Source: Myxococcota bacterium
GTDB lineage: Bacteria; Myxococcota_A; SURF-8
Length of the DNA: 64,000 bases
Direction of reading: 5' to 3'
Assembly (NCBI GenBank): GCA_963674735.2
Contig: CAXXQS010000001.1
Location: 1,536,001-1,600,000, forward strand
Shown here: positions 20,592 through 29,988 of the stretch, one piece after another
Layout of the letters: each line of letters opens with the position of its first letter
How positions within the stretch are numbered: position 1 is the stretch's first letter
The notes under the pieces: model-generated
Told to the model about the DNA's origin: nothing
Database searches by the model: none
Seen by the model: the letters and a program-made list of their open reading frames with translations, nothing else
Program-made: the position numbers and the translations under genes

Positions 20592-21617
20592 TCAGTTGGT
20601 TTTAGCAATCGGAACCACCGTTGCCTGTCCGCGCCAGTTGAGGCCGGAGGCGGTCATCAGTTGCTGCCACAAACGCTCGCGGTCGTCTTCGTCTTCGTGT
20701 TTGAAGGGCACGGCGTAGGGATCTTTCCGTTCGCGGTCGAACCAGAAATGCCCGGAAACGCCCTCGACCGCCGGGCTGGCCGCCAGCCACACGAGGGTAT
20801 CGGCTCCCTGCTCGGGGGTTCGCAAGAGATCGCGCATGAAATTGTAAAAGCGTGGCATGGATGTTTTCACGGCGCCCGTGTCCACCCAGCCGGGATGCAT
20901 GCTGTTGACATTCACCTGTTTGTCCGCCAGACGTTCCGCCCACATTTCCGCCAGAATCACCTGGGCGCGTTTGCTGTTGGCGTAAGCCGTCAACCCATCG
21001 AAGTCGTGGTTTTTCCAGTCGAGATCGTCCAGATCCAGCTTTTGCAGGTACATCCCGCCCGACGACACAAGCACGACCCGTGCCCCATGCGCCTGGGCCA
21101 GTTTGTCTTCCAGCAATTGCGTCATCAAAAACGGTCCCGCCACGTGAGTGGCCCACGTGAGCTCGATCCCCTCATCGGTCATGATCCGTTGATCCGGCAG
21201 CACCCCGGCATTGTGCACCAGGATATCCACCTTGCGCGGAGCGAAGCGGTCCACGAAGTCCCGCACCGAAGCCAAGCTCGACATGTCCACCAACTCCAGC
21301 GTGACGCGCGCCTCGGGGATCTCGCGGCGGATCTCGACCAAGGCGGCCTGCCCGCGTTCGGCGTTGCGGCACAGTAGATAAACCTCCGCGCCACGCCGCG
21401 CCAGTTCACGAGCAGTGATAAAGCCAAGCCCCGAGTTGGCGCCCGTCACCAGGGCCACTTTGTGAAAAAGATCCACATTGAGATCGTTCTCGTGGAACGT
21501 GCGTCGGCGAATGGCATAGCCGGTTTTGCCGAAAGACCAGATTACGCTCTTGTCGGCCAGCCAGCCCAGCCCACGCCAGAAGCGCCGCCCTTGGGGCATT
21601 TTGAATCGTTTGGACAT
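20592..21617 (-). CDS. SDR family oxidoreductase (DHRS12-like)
   Basis: VTGANSGLG, HNAG, VSSGGMY, YANSK, MHPGWVDT. ATG 21617 with GGAG RBS. Confidence 0.9.
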   Translation of the reverse strand: MSKRFKMPQGRRFWRGLGWLADKSVIWSFGKTGYAIRRRTFHENDLNVDLFHKVALVTGANSGLGFITARELARRGAEVYLLCRNAERGQAALVEIRREIPEARVTLELVDMSSLASVRDFVDRFAPRKVDILVHNAGVLPDQRIMTDEGIELTWATHVAGPFLMTQLLEDKLAQAHGARVVLVSSGGMYLQKLDLDDLDWKNHDFDGLTAYANSKRAQVILAEMWAERLADKQVNVNSMHPGWVDTGAVKTSMPRFYNFMRDLLRTPEQGADTLVWLAASPAVEGVSGHFWFDRERKDPYAVPFKHEDEDDRERLWQQLMTASGLNWRGQATVVPIAKTN

Positions 21618-21865
21618 AACATCGTCTCCATCGATTGAAACAGCCTGGAAACAAAACCCTGTGCATTCCTCGCGATCCGACAGCGTTTCGTCTCCAACAC
21701 GATCATCTCTATCAGAATAGAGAAGAATAGAGCCGATTTGATTCCAACCGGCTCCCGGATTGTTAGGTTGTATGGACATATCCAGGGACTTTTCGAACGA
21801 ATTTCCCTTTGCGCCATCACGCAAGACGTGCGGAAAAAAAACGACGCGAGGCTACCGAGCCAATA

Positions 21866-22942
21866 TCAATCTGTCCGCTGCTGCTTTTCCGCCACCCAGC
21901 GATCCATATCGGCCCAGCGCTCAAACAGCCATCGCCCCCGATCGACTTCTTCGTTCGGCACATCGGCTGACCGGAATCGGGTCATGCGCACATGAATTGT
22001 CTTCCCCACTAGACCACCGCGCCAGAACCGCGGAAACGAACGCGCGCCCTCAAAGCCGGTGTGCGCGATGAAAAGAATATCGGCCTTGGGTGCGGCGTCC
22101 ATCAAAGCCAGCGGTCCACCCAGTTTGGGTGGAAGAAGATAATTGAATTTCTTCGCAATATCGTACAGTTCATCATGCCCCATGCTCTTCAACCGCTTCA
22201 GACGATATGCTAAGACTCTGGGGGTGAAACGCGTACCTTCGGGGTAAATCAGGATGCCGTCCGACGGTCCCATATGGCGAGCAGCATGCCGGATGGTGGC
22301 AATTTCCCGTTCGGGATCGGCACTTGCACGATCGACGAAAACATTCGGCAGCCGATTACCAACCACGTCCAGACAGATATCCCACAGCAACTCCTTTTTA
22401 AGCACGTAACGCAATACTATTTCGTGAGGGTTGGCCACCAGAACGGCGGGTAAAACGGTATCGGCCGTCGAGGCATGGCGGATAAACACCAATAGCGGGC
22501 CGGGGACGACTTCCGCGCCCTCCTCCACCTTCAGGCGCATGCCGAAAATCCGGAAGGCTCCGTGAAAAAGCGCCTGAGACCAGGCACGCTGAAGCAGAAT
22601 ATTCCAATGTATGAATCGGTGACGCCCCAGGCCTAGAACGTGCCCAGCGGCTATCCAGGCCAAAGTAGCAATGCTAAACCCGAGCACTTCGATATTTAGA
22701 TACAAAAGAAAAAACAACAGGCAGCGCGACCGCGACAACGGCCCATCCAAGGGTTTGATCAGGTCAACAAAGACGACAAACGGCAACACGATGCACGAAC
22801 CCGCCAACATCAATCCCCACAATATGACGTAAAGGGGAACGGACAACAGGCGACGTTTCCAATGACGACCTGAATTGAGTTCAAGCGACAAAGTGGAAAT
22901 CGCGTCTAACAACGTGGCGGACGTTGACACGGAAACCCTCAC
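21866..22942 (-). CDS. PlsC-type lysophospholipid acyltransferase, membrane bound
   Basis: RHASTAD (HX4D), LKKEL, FVDR, IYPEGTRF. The start position is uncertain. Confidence 0.88.
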   Translation of the reverse strand: MRVSVSTSATLLDAISTLSLELNSGRHWKRRLLSVPLYVILWGLMLAGSCIVLPFVVFVDLIKPLDGPLSRSRCLLFFLLYLNIEVLGFSIATLAWIAAGHVLGLGRHRFIHWNILLQRAWSQALFHGAFRIFGMRLKVEEGAEVVPGPLLVFIRHASTADTVLPAVLVANPHEIVLRYVLKKELLWDICLDVVGNRLPNVFVDRASADPEREIATIRHAARHMGPSDGILIYPEGTRFTPRVLAYRLKRLKSMGHDELYDIAKKFNYLLPPKLGGPLALMDAAPKADILFIAHTGFEGARSFPRFWRGGLVGKTIHVRMTRFRSADVPNEEVDRGRWLFERWADMDRWVAEKQQRTD

Positions 22943-23073
22943 AAATTAAAAAATGAGGATTCAGTGTAGATAGAAACGGAGTGCAATACAAGGATTTTCA
23001 AGCAGCATCGCCTTGTATTTACTATTTTACTTCGCTTATTGTATTGTTTTTATTACTTGTGTCAGAATAGGTT

Positions 23074-23186
23074 TCACCCATTCGCCAACCAGTTTTCCAA
23101 CCCGGCCAGTTGCTCGCGGACCCGCTCGGGAGCGGTTCCGCCGAAAACGGCGCGTCCTTTGACGGCCTGCTCGTAGTCCAGCGGCC
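23074..23186 (-). pseudogene. Displaced duplicate of the argH 3' end (113 bp)
   Basis: Encodes PLDYEQAVKGRAVFGGTAPERVREQLAGLENWLANG*. 103 of 113 nt match 25258-25370 by manual alignment. Confidence 0.95.
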
Positions 23187-23248
23187 TGCTCCACACGAAT
23201 CGATCTCGTCTCACAGCTTCGATGATCCAATGCACTCGACCATTTGCG

Positions 23249-23286
23249 GCCGGGTAGGCGGCCTACAGGCAACCTACCCGGCTACA
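23249..23286 (-). repeat. REP-like palindrome (GTAG foot + GC-rich hairpin)
   Basis: Minus strand GTAGCCGGGTAGG-ttgcctgtaggccg-CCTACCCGGC, with a 10-bp perfect outer stem. Confidence 0.55.
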
Positions 23287-23295
23287 GGACTGCGG

Positions 23296-24054
23296 CTAGT
23301 CAGTCTCGTATGTAGCTCCAATCCTGCCCCAATGCACCCCGTCGGTCCCGGAGGAGAAGTAGACCTGCCTGACTTTCGCGATGACGTCTCTTAGCGGGAC
23401 AAAACCGAACTTCCTGCTGTCCACGCTGTTGTCGCGGTTGTCACCCACAACGTACACGGAGCCGTGGGGCACCTCTTGACGGGTCCCGTCGGGCAGCGTG
23501 ATCGTGTCGCCTGGAAGTGCCTCCACTCTCTTGATGTAGCGTTGGCTGCGATCGTCCGGGTAGATGAAGATCACGATATCGCCTGTTTTCGGCGAGAGCC
23601 GCTGGTAGGCCGTTTTGTCCGCCAGCACGCAGTCACCCCTCATCACGGCGGGTTCCATGCTTGCACTGGGGATCTTGAACGCCTCGATGTAGTTGTCTCG
23701 GACATGGGCGAATACCGCGCCAAGAATCAGCACCGAGCCCAGTAGCCAGGCCGCGAGGTAGAAATACCATTGACGGAAACCTGACGACTTCAAGGCTGTT
23801 TCAGACCGTTTCGCGCCTCGCCAAGCGTCGACAACCGCCAAGGAGTACACGGCCAGCGTGGCTGCGATGGTGCCGATAACCCCGAAAATCAACAGGCGGT
23901 CCGGGAGCAGTACCGTGGACCGGAAACCGATCAGGTTCACGGCCAGAAAGATGATAAAGAAACTGGCCCCTTTCACGCGTTCACCGTTGTAGGCCTGTCC
24001 CATTCCAGGCATAATCAGCCCCATTACCGCCGCAAGTAAGCTTTTCCGTTTCAT
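23296..24054 (-). CDS. lepB: Signal peptidase I (S26) with multi-TM N-terminal extension
   Basis: IPSASMEP (Ser), YIKRV (Lys), GDNRDNSVDSR.FG. N-terminal PGMGQAYNG motif plus several TM helices. Confidence 0.9.
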   Translation of the reverse strand: MKRKSLLAAVMGLIMPGMGQAYNGERVKGASFFIIFLAVNLIGFRSTVLLPDRLLIFGVIGTIAATLAVYSLAVVDAWRGAKRSETALKSSGFRQWYFYLAAWLLGSVLILGAVFAHVRDNYIEAFKIPSASMEPAVMRGDCVLADKTAYQRLSPKTGDIVIFIYPDDRSQRYIKRVEALPGDTITLPDGTRQEVPHGSVYVVGDNRDNSVDSRKFGFVPLRDVIAKVRQVYFSSGTDGVHWGRIGATYETD

Positions 24055-24116
24055 GTTCGTTCCTTCCCGGTTCATGATTGCATCCTTTTTCTTCTCCCAT
24101 TCGCGTCTATAACTGA

Positions 24117-24142
24117 TACGCTCGCTGGCGGGGAAAGTTCCC
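24117..24142 (-). promoter_or_regulatory. Putative ECF-sigma promoter of lepB
   Basis: GGGAAC-N16-CGTA, the same architecture as the site upstream of the sigma gene. Confidence 0.7.
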
Positions 24143-24144
24143 GA

Positions 24145-24357
24145 CTACCTGCATATCGCCGGGGAGAAGAACAGGAAGGCCACCCTGAAGACGTTATCCA
24201 GAGCGAACAAGAACCCGCCCGCTGCCAGGGCGTATCGCACCGGGACCGACGACAGGAGGCGTTCCGTTTGCGTCGGGACACGTCTGGACGCCTCAAAAGC
24301 CCGCACGTCGGCCATGACGTTGGACACGAAGTGGTCGGATGGTTCAAAGTCCTTCAT
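24145..24357 (-). CDS. Small membrane protein, putative anti-sigma factor
   Basis: Overlaps the sigma 3' end. EPSDHFVSNVM motif followed by a hydrophobic C-terminus; about 70 aa. Confidence 0.6.
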   Translation of the reverse strand: MKDFEPSDHFVSNVMADVRAFEASRRVPTQTERLLSSVPVRYALAAGGFLFALDNVFRVAFLFFSPAICR

Positions 24358-24904
24358 CGCTTTTTCCTCCGGATTCTCCAAGCAGCAGCGACCGCAGCCT
24401 TTCTTTGGCGCGAAAGAGCCGCGACTTCGCTGTGCCCGTGGTTATCCCGTGTTTCAAGGCGATCTGCTTAAGAGAGTCGCCCAGAAGGCTTTCGATGATC
24501 ACGCTTTTATAAGGCTCCGGCAGTTGTTCGAGAGAGGCGCTTATCGCTGCGCCGCACTCGCCCTCGATGACCGCCTGCTCTGGAGAGCGATCCTGTGCCA
24601 CGAGGTTTTCCACCTCTTCGATAGAGAGGGTCGACCTTCTGTTTTTTCTCAGCTCACTGATGCAGCGATTTCTTGCGGTGATGAAAAGCCAGGCCGAGAA
24701 GGGGACGCCGCGAGCGGTGTCGAAGTGATCAAGAGACTTGTAGACGCTCAGAAAGACTTCCTGTCCGATGTCCTCCACTTGGCGTTCGTCGCCCGTGAGA
24801 CGCCAGATGAAGGTGAGAAGTTGCCGGTGGTATTTTCGCACGAGCAGCGAAAATACCTCGCAGTCACCCGCCTGAATGCGTTTTACGATCTCAACGTCGT
24901 CCAA
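24344..24904 (-). CDS. ECF sigma factor (SigW/RpoE-like)
   Basis: VEDIGQEVF, FSAWLFITARNRC, GTAKSRLFRAKERLR. TTG start. Confidence 0.92.
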   Translation of the reverse strand: MDDVEIVKRIQAGDCEVFSLLVRKYHRQLLTFIWRLTGDERQVEDIGQEVFLSVYKSLDHFDTARGVPFSAWLFITARNRCISELRKNRRSTLSIEEVENLVAQDRSPEQAVIEGECGAAISASLEQLPEPYKSVIIESLLGDSLKQIALKHGITTGTAKSRLFRAKERLRSLLLGESGGKSDEGL

Positions 24905-24958
24905 AGGAACCCTGCCTTCCGATTAACTATTCGATACTCCGAAGCATGTTACAGATAA

Positions 24959-24984
24959 TACGCAGGAAAACAAAAAAGGTTCCA
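24959..24984 (-). promoter_or_regulatory. Putative autoregulatory ECF promoter
   Basis: TGGAAC-N16-CGTA about 55 nt upstream of the sigma start; resembles SigW-type TGAAAC-N16-CGTA. Confidence 0.7.
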
Positions 24985-25257
24985 GATGTTTGAAGATTCT
25001 CCCCACTCCAAGGTTCCACCAACCTCTATTATCGAATAATTCCTAGAAGTTAGAAGTTTTTTATCCCATTCATTTCGTTCATCGGAAAACGGGCGCTCGC
25101 CGGCGAATGATTTCCCAAAATCGCAAATTGGAGCGCGTCTCCGACGGGCTCCAGATCCCAATAACTTTTTCCAGGTTGGAGTCCTGCTCCAGGGGGTGGG
25201 GAGAAACGAATATCGCTGCAATTACAACAGCAATGACACACTTTCGAAACGATTCCT

Positions 25258-26628
25258 TCAGCTATTCGCCAACCACTTTTCCAGCCCGGCCAGTTGCTCG
25301 CGGACTCGTTCGGGGGCGGTTCCGCCGAAAACGGCGCGGCCCTCGACGGCCTGCTCGTAGTCCAGCGGCCGCGCGATGAGATCGAGTTCGGGGAACGATT
25401 CGGCCGCCCAGCCCTCGGGAATCGACAACAGCGTGGCGTCGGCTTCTTCCAGACGAGTGACGAAAGTCCCGACCCGCCCGTGGGCCTGCCTAAACGGCAC
25501 CCCCGCCGCCGCCAGACGGTCTGCCAGATCGGTCGCCAACAGATCGGCCGTCAGCGCCTGTTCCATTTTGTCACGTCTGAAGGCAGCCTCGCCGAGCGCG
25601 GCGGCGAAGACTTTCAGTGCCAGTCCGGTCTGATCGACGACATCGAAGAGGGCCTGTTTGTCTTCCTGCAAATCCTTGGCGTAGCTCAGCGGCAACCCTT
25701 TCGTAAGGGTTAAAAGCGTGGTCGTCTGCCCGATCACACGCGCCGCTTTGGCTCGCACCAGTTCCATGGCGTCGGGATTGCGCTTCTGCGGCATCATGGA
25801 CGACCCGGTGCTCCAGCGGTCGGAGAAAGACAGATAGCCGAATTGCGGATTGGACCACAGCACGAACTGCTCGGCGTAGCGCGACAGGTGCCCGGCCAGA
25901 ACGGCGCAGACCGTCGCGGTTTCCTGGGCGGCGTCGCGGTCGGCGATAGCATCCAGCGCGTTGGGCAGTGGAGCCGCAAAACCCAAGGCGTGGGCCAACC
26001 GTTCGCGATCCACCGCAAAGCCCGAGCCCGCCAACGCGCCGCTCCCCAGCGGACACAAGGCCGCCCGTTTCCCGGCATCGAGAAGCCGCTCCACGTCGCG
26101 CTGTAAGGCCGCCGCCGCCGACCCGAGAAAGAAGCCCAAGGTAATCGGCTGGGCGGGTTGCATGTGTGTGGTGCCGGGCATCAGCCAATCGATTCCGGCT
26201 TGCGCCTGGTCGATCAGCACCCGGATCGTCGCGCGGGCATCCACCACCAGTTTGTTCAAAGCATCCATCAGGTAAAGACGCAGGTCGCAGGCCACTTGAT
26301 CGTTGCGTGAACGGCCGGTATGGATGCGCGCCCCGGTCTCGCCCAGTTCGTCGGTCAGCAGCCGCTCGACCAGCGTATGCACGTCCTCGTCATCGGGCAG
26401 GACATCTAAATCGCCCGATTGATAGCGTTCCAGGATGCGCCCCAGCACGCCATAGATTTTCGCGCATTCCGCGCCGCTCAAGACACCCAGATATTCCAAC
26501 TCGGCGGCCCAGGCGCGGTTGGTGGCAATGTCGTAGGGGAGCAGCCGGATATCCACCGGCAACGACCGGTTGATTGCGTCCATCAGGGCGTTCGACGATT
26601 GGGCGATGCGGCCTTCGTAAAGCGTCAT
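25258..26628 (-). CDS. argH: Argininosuccinate lyase
   Basis: EDVH, HTGRSRNDQV, TGSSMMPQKRNPD, DLQEDK. Confidence 0.97.
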   Translation of the reverse strand: MTLYEGRIAQSSNALMDAINRSLPVDIRLLPYDIATNRAWAAELEYLGVLSGAECAKIYGVLGRILERYQSGDLDVLPDDEDVHTLVERLLTDELGETGARIHTGRSRNDQVACDLRLYLMDALNKLVVDARATIRVLIDQAQAGIDWLMPGTTHMQPAQPITLGFFLGSAAAALQRDVERLLDAGKRAALCPLGSGALAGSGFAVDRERLAHALGFAAPLPNALDAIADRDAAQETATVCAVLAGHLSRYAEQFVLWSNPQFGYLSFSDRWSTGSSMMPQKRNPDAMELVRAKAARVIGQTTTLLTLTKGLPLSYAKDLQEDKQALFDVVDQTGLALKVFAAALGEAAFRRDKMEQALTADLLATDLADRLAAAGVPFRQAHGRVGTFVTRLEEADATLLSIPEGWAAESFPELDLIARPLDYEQAVEGRAVFGGTAPERVREQLAGLEKWLANS

Positions 26629-26631
26629 GAC

Positions 26632-27912
26632 TCAGTCTCGCTTGAATTTCGAATGAAACTTCGAGTATTTCGGCGCGTGGTAGCCGTAAAGTTCGTCGCC
26701 GCCTTCCATCTCGATCAGCGAGCGCACCGTGATGGGCAGGCCGAAGAGATTGATGAAGCCCTCGGCGTCGCGCTGCTGGTAGACATCGTCGCGACCGAAA
26801 GTGGCGAAATCTTCGCGATACAGCGAATAAGGCGAACGCCGCCCGCGCACGATGATGTTTCCCTTGTAAAGCAGAAGCCGCACTTCGCCGGTCACATTAT
26901 GCTGGGTTTCGGTCACGAAGGCATCGAGTGCTTCGCGCAGAGGAACGAAATAGCGGCCGTTGTAGATCAGTTCGGCATACTTGGGTGCGAGTTGCTCTTT
27001 GAAATGCATGGTTTCGGCGTCGAGCACCAGACTTTCCAATTCGTGATGCGCGGCGTATAAAATCGCTCCGCCGGGGGTTTCGTAAATCCCGCGCGACTTC
27101 ATGCCCACCAGACGGTTTTCCACGATGTCCACCCGCCCGATGCCGTGTTCGTAACCGAGATCGTTGAGCCGCTTCACCAGCGTCGCCGGGCTCAGCGCTT
27201 CGCCGTCCACTTTGATCGGCATGCCCTTGTCGAAACTCAGCGTAACGGTCGCCCCCTGGTCCGGGGCTTCCCAGGGAGCCTTGGTCATGGAATACACTTC
27301 CTCCGGCGCATCGGCCCAGGGGTCTTCCAATTCGCCGCCCTCGCTGGAAAGGTGCCACAGGTTGCGATCGTGACTGTAGACGCCCTTTTTCTTGACCGTC
27401 AACGGCACGTTGTGCTTTTCGGCATAGGCGTAGGCGTCCTCGCGCGACTGAATGTCCCAGATGCGCCAGGGAGCCAGGATTTTGATTTTGGGGTTGAAGG
27501 CCTTGTAAGCCAGTTCGAAACGCACCTGATCGTTGCCTTTGCCGGTACAGCCATGCACGACCGTATCGGCGCCTTCCGCCTCGACCAGATCCATCATACC
27601 CTTGGCGATCAACGGCCGCGCAATCGAGGTGCCGAGCAGGTAGCGGCCTTCGTACACCGCCCCCGAGCGGATCATGGGGAAGAGGTAGTCGGCGCAGAAC
27701 TCTTCCTGCAGGTCGTCGATCACCACCCGGTCGGCGCCGGTTTTGAGCGCGCGTTCTTCCAGGCCTTCGAGCTCCGCATCACCCTGCCCCACATTGCCCA
27801 CGTAGGCCACCACGCGGCAGTTGAAATTCTCTTTGAGCCAGGGGATGATAATCGAGGTATCCAGGCCGCCCGAGTAGGCCAGGACGGCATTTTTGACGCT
27901 TTGTTCCTTCAT
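26632..27912 (-). CDS. argG: Argininosuccinate synthase
   Basis: LAYSGGLDTS, HGCTGKGNDQVRFE, ENRLVGMKSRGIYETP. Likely start ATG 27912 (MKEQSV). Confidence 0.97.
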   Translation of the reverse strand: MKEQSVKNAVLAYSGGLDTSIIIPWLKENFNCRVVAYVGNVGQGDAELEGLEERALKTGADRVVIDDLQEEFCADYLFPMIRSGAVYEGRYLLGTSIARPLIAKGMMDLVEAEGADTVVHGCTGKGNDQVRFELAYKAFNPKIKILAPWRIWDIQSREDAYAYAEKHNVPLTVKKKGVYSHDRNLWHLSSEGGELEDPWADAPEEVYSMTKAPWEAPDQGATVTLSFDKGMPIKVDGEALSPATLVKRLNDLGYEHGIGRVDIVENRLVGMKSRGIYETPGGAILYAAHHELESLVLDAETMHFKEQLAPKYAELIYNGRYFVPLREALDAFVTETQHNVTGEVRLLLYKGNIIVRGRRSPYSLYREDFATFGRDDVYQQRDAEGFINLFGLPITVRSLIEMEGGDELYGYHAPKYSKFHSKFKRD

Positions 27913-27976
27913 GACGTGTTCTCTCCGTATCAGGACGTTTCGTTCGAAGTCGATTGTGATTCCTGGTTTCAGTCGC

Positions 27977-29071
27977 TTAGCCGACGGCACACTGCGGGAT
28001 TTCTCCCGCCTCCGCCTCCGCGCAGTATTCTTGAATAATGGAAATATAGCCGTCGATTCCGGCTTGCAATTCGGCGCGTGTGATGCGTTCATCCGGCCGA
28101 TGCGCCCAACGGTTGTCGCCCGGCCCGATTTTGATGGCCGGAATACCGCGCTGCATGAGAAACACCCAGTCGCTGGCGGCGTCGGAGCCGAACAGCGGGG
28201 CCTTGGGCAGAGCCCGGCGCGCCGCCTCGACCACCGGAGCATCGGCCGGGGTTTCGCAGGGAGTCCAGGTGTCCAGCAACACGCGCACATCGCATTTGAG
28301 CGAGCGGCACAGGGTGGCGTGGATGGTCGGACCATCGCAGGCCGGGGTGCTGCGCACGTCGAGAATGGCGCGGGCCTCCGGGGGCGTAACGTTATCGGCG
28401 ATACCGGCTTGGAAACGGGTCGGCGTCACCTTGGCGCGTCCCAGGGTGGCGTGGCGCGGGAACGACAGGTATTGAAGCTGGATCAAATCTTTGGCCAGCA
28501 ACTCGATGGCTCCGGGTTCGGTTATGCGCGCGGCATGACCCTGCTGGCCTTTGGCCACCAGCTCGATCACCATCAGACCTTTTTGGGAAAGGGCGATGCG
28601 CATGGCGGTGGGTTCGCCCACCACCCCGGCGTCGATGGGACCGATACGGTCGAGCAGACGCGGCAGCGACGGATCGTCGCCCTCTTCTCCCACCGACAAC
28701 GCCACCACGACGCGTCCGCGCGGCAATCCGCGTTCCTTGACCGCCGCCAGCGCCAGCAACATGGCGCAACAGGCTCCGCGCGCATCCACCGCGCCGCGAC
28801 CGAACAGGATGTCGTCCTGAATCTCGCCGCCGTGCGGCGGTCGCGTCCATCCCTCACCGGCGGGGACCGTATCGAGATGAGAGGCGAGCACCAATGTCGG
28901 CCCCTCGGCCTCGGCTTCCACGGAAACCAGTAACCCATCGGCGCTGGTGCCGACCTCGAAGCCCAAATCATGCGCCAGCGAAGCGGCGGCCGCGATGATG
29001 GCCGCATCGTCGCTGGGTCCGAGATGAGGCACCTGCAGCAGGCGCGCCAGGGCTTGTAGTTGATCAGACAA
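27977..29071 (-). CDS. argE: M20 family acetylornithine deacetylase-like peptidase
   Basis: SHLDTVP, GRGAVD, GEE, VGEPT, GHAA, AHRPDE. Lies within the arg operon; TTG start overlaps the argB stop. Confidence 0.85.
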   Translation of the reverse strand: MSDQLQALARLLQVPHLGPSDDAAIIAAAASLAHDLGFEVGTSADGLLVSVEAEAEGPTLVLASHLDTVPAGEGWTRPPHGGEIQDDILFGRGAVDARGACCAMLLALAAVKERGLPRGRVVVALSVGEEGDDPSLPRLLDRIGPIDAGVVGEPTAMRIALSQKGLMVIELVAKGQQGHAARITEPGAIELLAKDLIQLQYLSFPRHATLGRAKVTPTRFQAGIADNVTPPEARAILDVRSTPACDGPTIHATLCRSLKCDVRVLLDTWTPCETPADAPVVEAARRALPKAPLFGSDAASDWVFLMQRGIPAIKIGPGDNRWAHRPDERITRAELQAGIDGYISIIQEYCAEAEAGEIPQCAVG

Positions 29072-29984
29072 GTTCCCGCTCCTGGTAGGCAACCTTGTCC
29101 TTGGCTGCCACGATCATGGTCCCGCAGCCTTCGCCGCTGAACACTTCCTTCAATAGCGTATCGGGTTCCAACCCGCTGATGATGTGAGTCCGTTTGACGC
29201 CTTGTGCCACGGCCCGCAGACAGGCTTCGACCTTGGGTCGCATACCCGCAGCAATCGCACCGGTCGCCAGCAGTCCTTCCAGATCCTGAGCCTCGGCAAA
29301 CGGAATCAGGGTGCTGTCGTCGTTTTTGTCTCGCAAAACGCCTTTGGCGGTGGTGGCGAAGATCAATTTCTTCGCCTGAAGCGCCTTGGCCAATGATTCG
29401 GCGACCGTATCGGCATTGATGTTGTAGATTTCGCCGTCGCCGTTGCCGCCCAGACTAGCGATCACCGGCACGTACTCCGCCGCCAACAGACTCTCCAACA
29501 AGCCGGGATTGACTCCCATGATGTCGCCCACGTGCCCGAAATCCACCAAACTGGTCTGGCCGTCATCGTCGCGCATGGAGACCGGCGGCCGCTTGTTGAC
29601 ACTCAACAGGCCGCCATCGATACCGGTGAGACCGACCGCGCGCACGTCGTGACGGATCAAGGTGGAAACCAGATCCACGTTCAGCTTACCGGCATAGACC
29701 TGTTTGACGATGTCGAGGGTGTCGTCGTCGGTCACGCGCCGCCCGGCCACGATTTTCGGTTCGTGGCCCAGTTTGCGCGACATCTCGCTGGCCTGCGGTC
29801 CGCCGCCGTGAACGATCACGACCTGAATGCCGACATCGCAAAACAGGCCGATTTGTTGGGCCAAGGCGTCGATGCATTCGGGACGCGCCAGAACCCCGCC
29901 CCCGATTTTGATGATGAAGGTCTTTTTCTTGTACAGCCGCAAGTACGGCAACGCTTCTTTGATTCCAACTACAGCGGGCTTCAT
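29064..29984 (-). CDS. argB: Acetylglutamate kinase
   Basis: IKIGG, VHGGGPQ, GRRVTD, YNINAD, GMRPKVEAC. No fused GNAT domain (306 aa). Confidence 0.95.
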   Translation of the reverse strand: MKPAVVGIKEALPYLRLYKKKTFIIKIGGGVLARPECIDALAQQIGLFCDVGIQVVIVHGGGPQASEMSRKLGHEPKIVAGRRVTDDDTLDIVKQVYAGKLNVDLVSTLIRHDVRAVGLTGIDGGLLSVNKRPPVSMRDDDGQTSLVDFGHVGDIMGVNPGLLESLLAAEYVPVIASLGGNGDGEIYNINADTVAESLAKALQAKKLIFATTAKGVLRDKNDDSTLIPFAEAQDLEGLLATGAIAAGMRPKVEACLRAVAQGVKRTHIISGLEPDTLLKEVFSGEGCGTMIVAAKDKVAYQERELV

Positions 29985-29988
29985 GTTG

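Noticed and set aside
23187-23295. Integron attC site after lepB
   Set aside because: No RYYYAAC...GTTRRRY boxes and no integrase; the hairpin fits a REP-like element better.
27913-28335. 140-aa N-terminal extension of ArgG in the ORF track
   Set aside because: It overlaps argE in another frame; ArgG homology and an RBS start at 27912.
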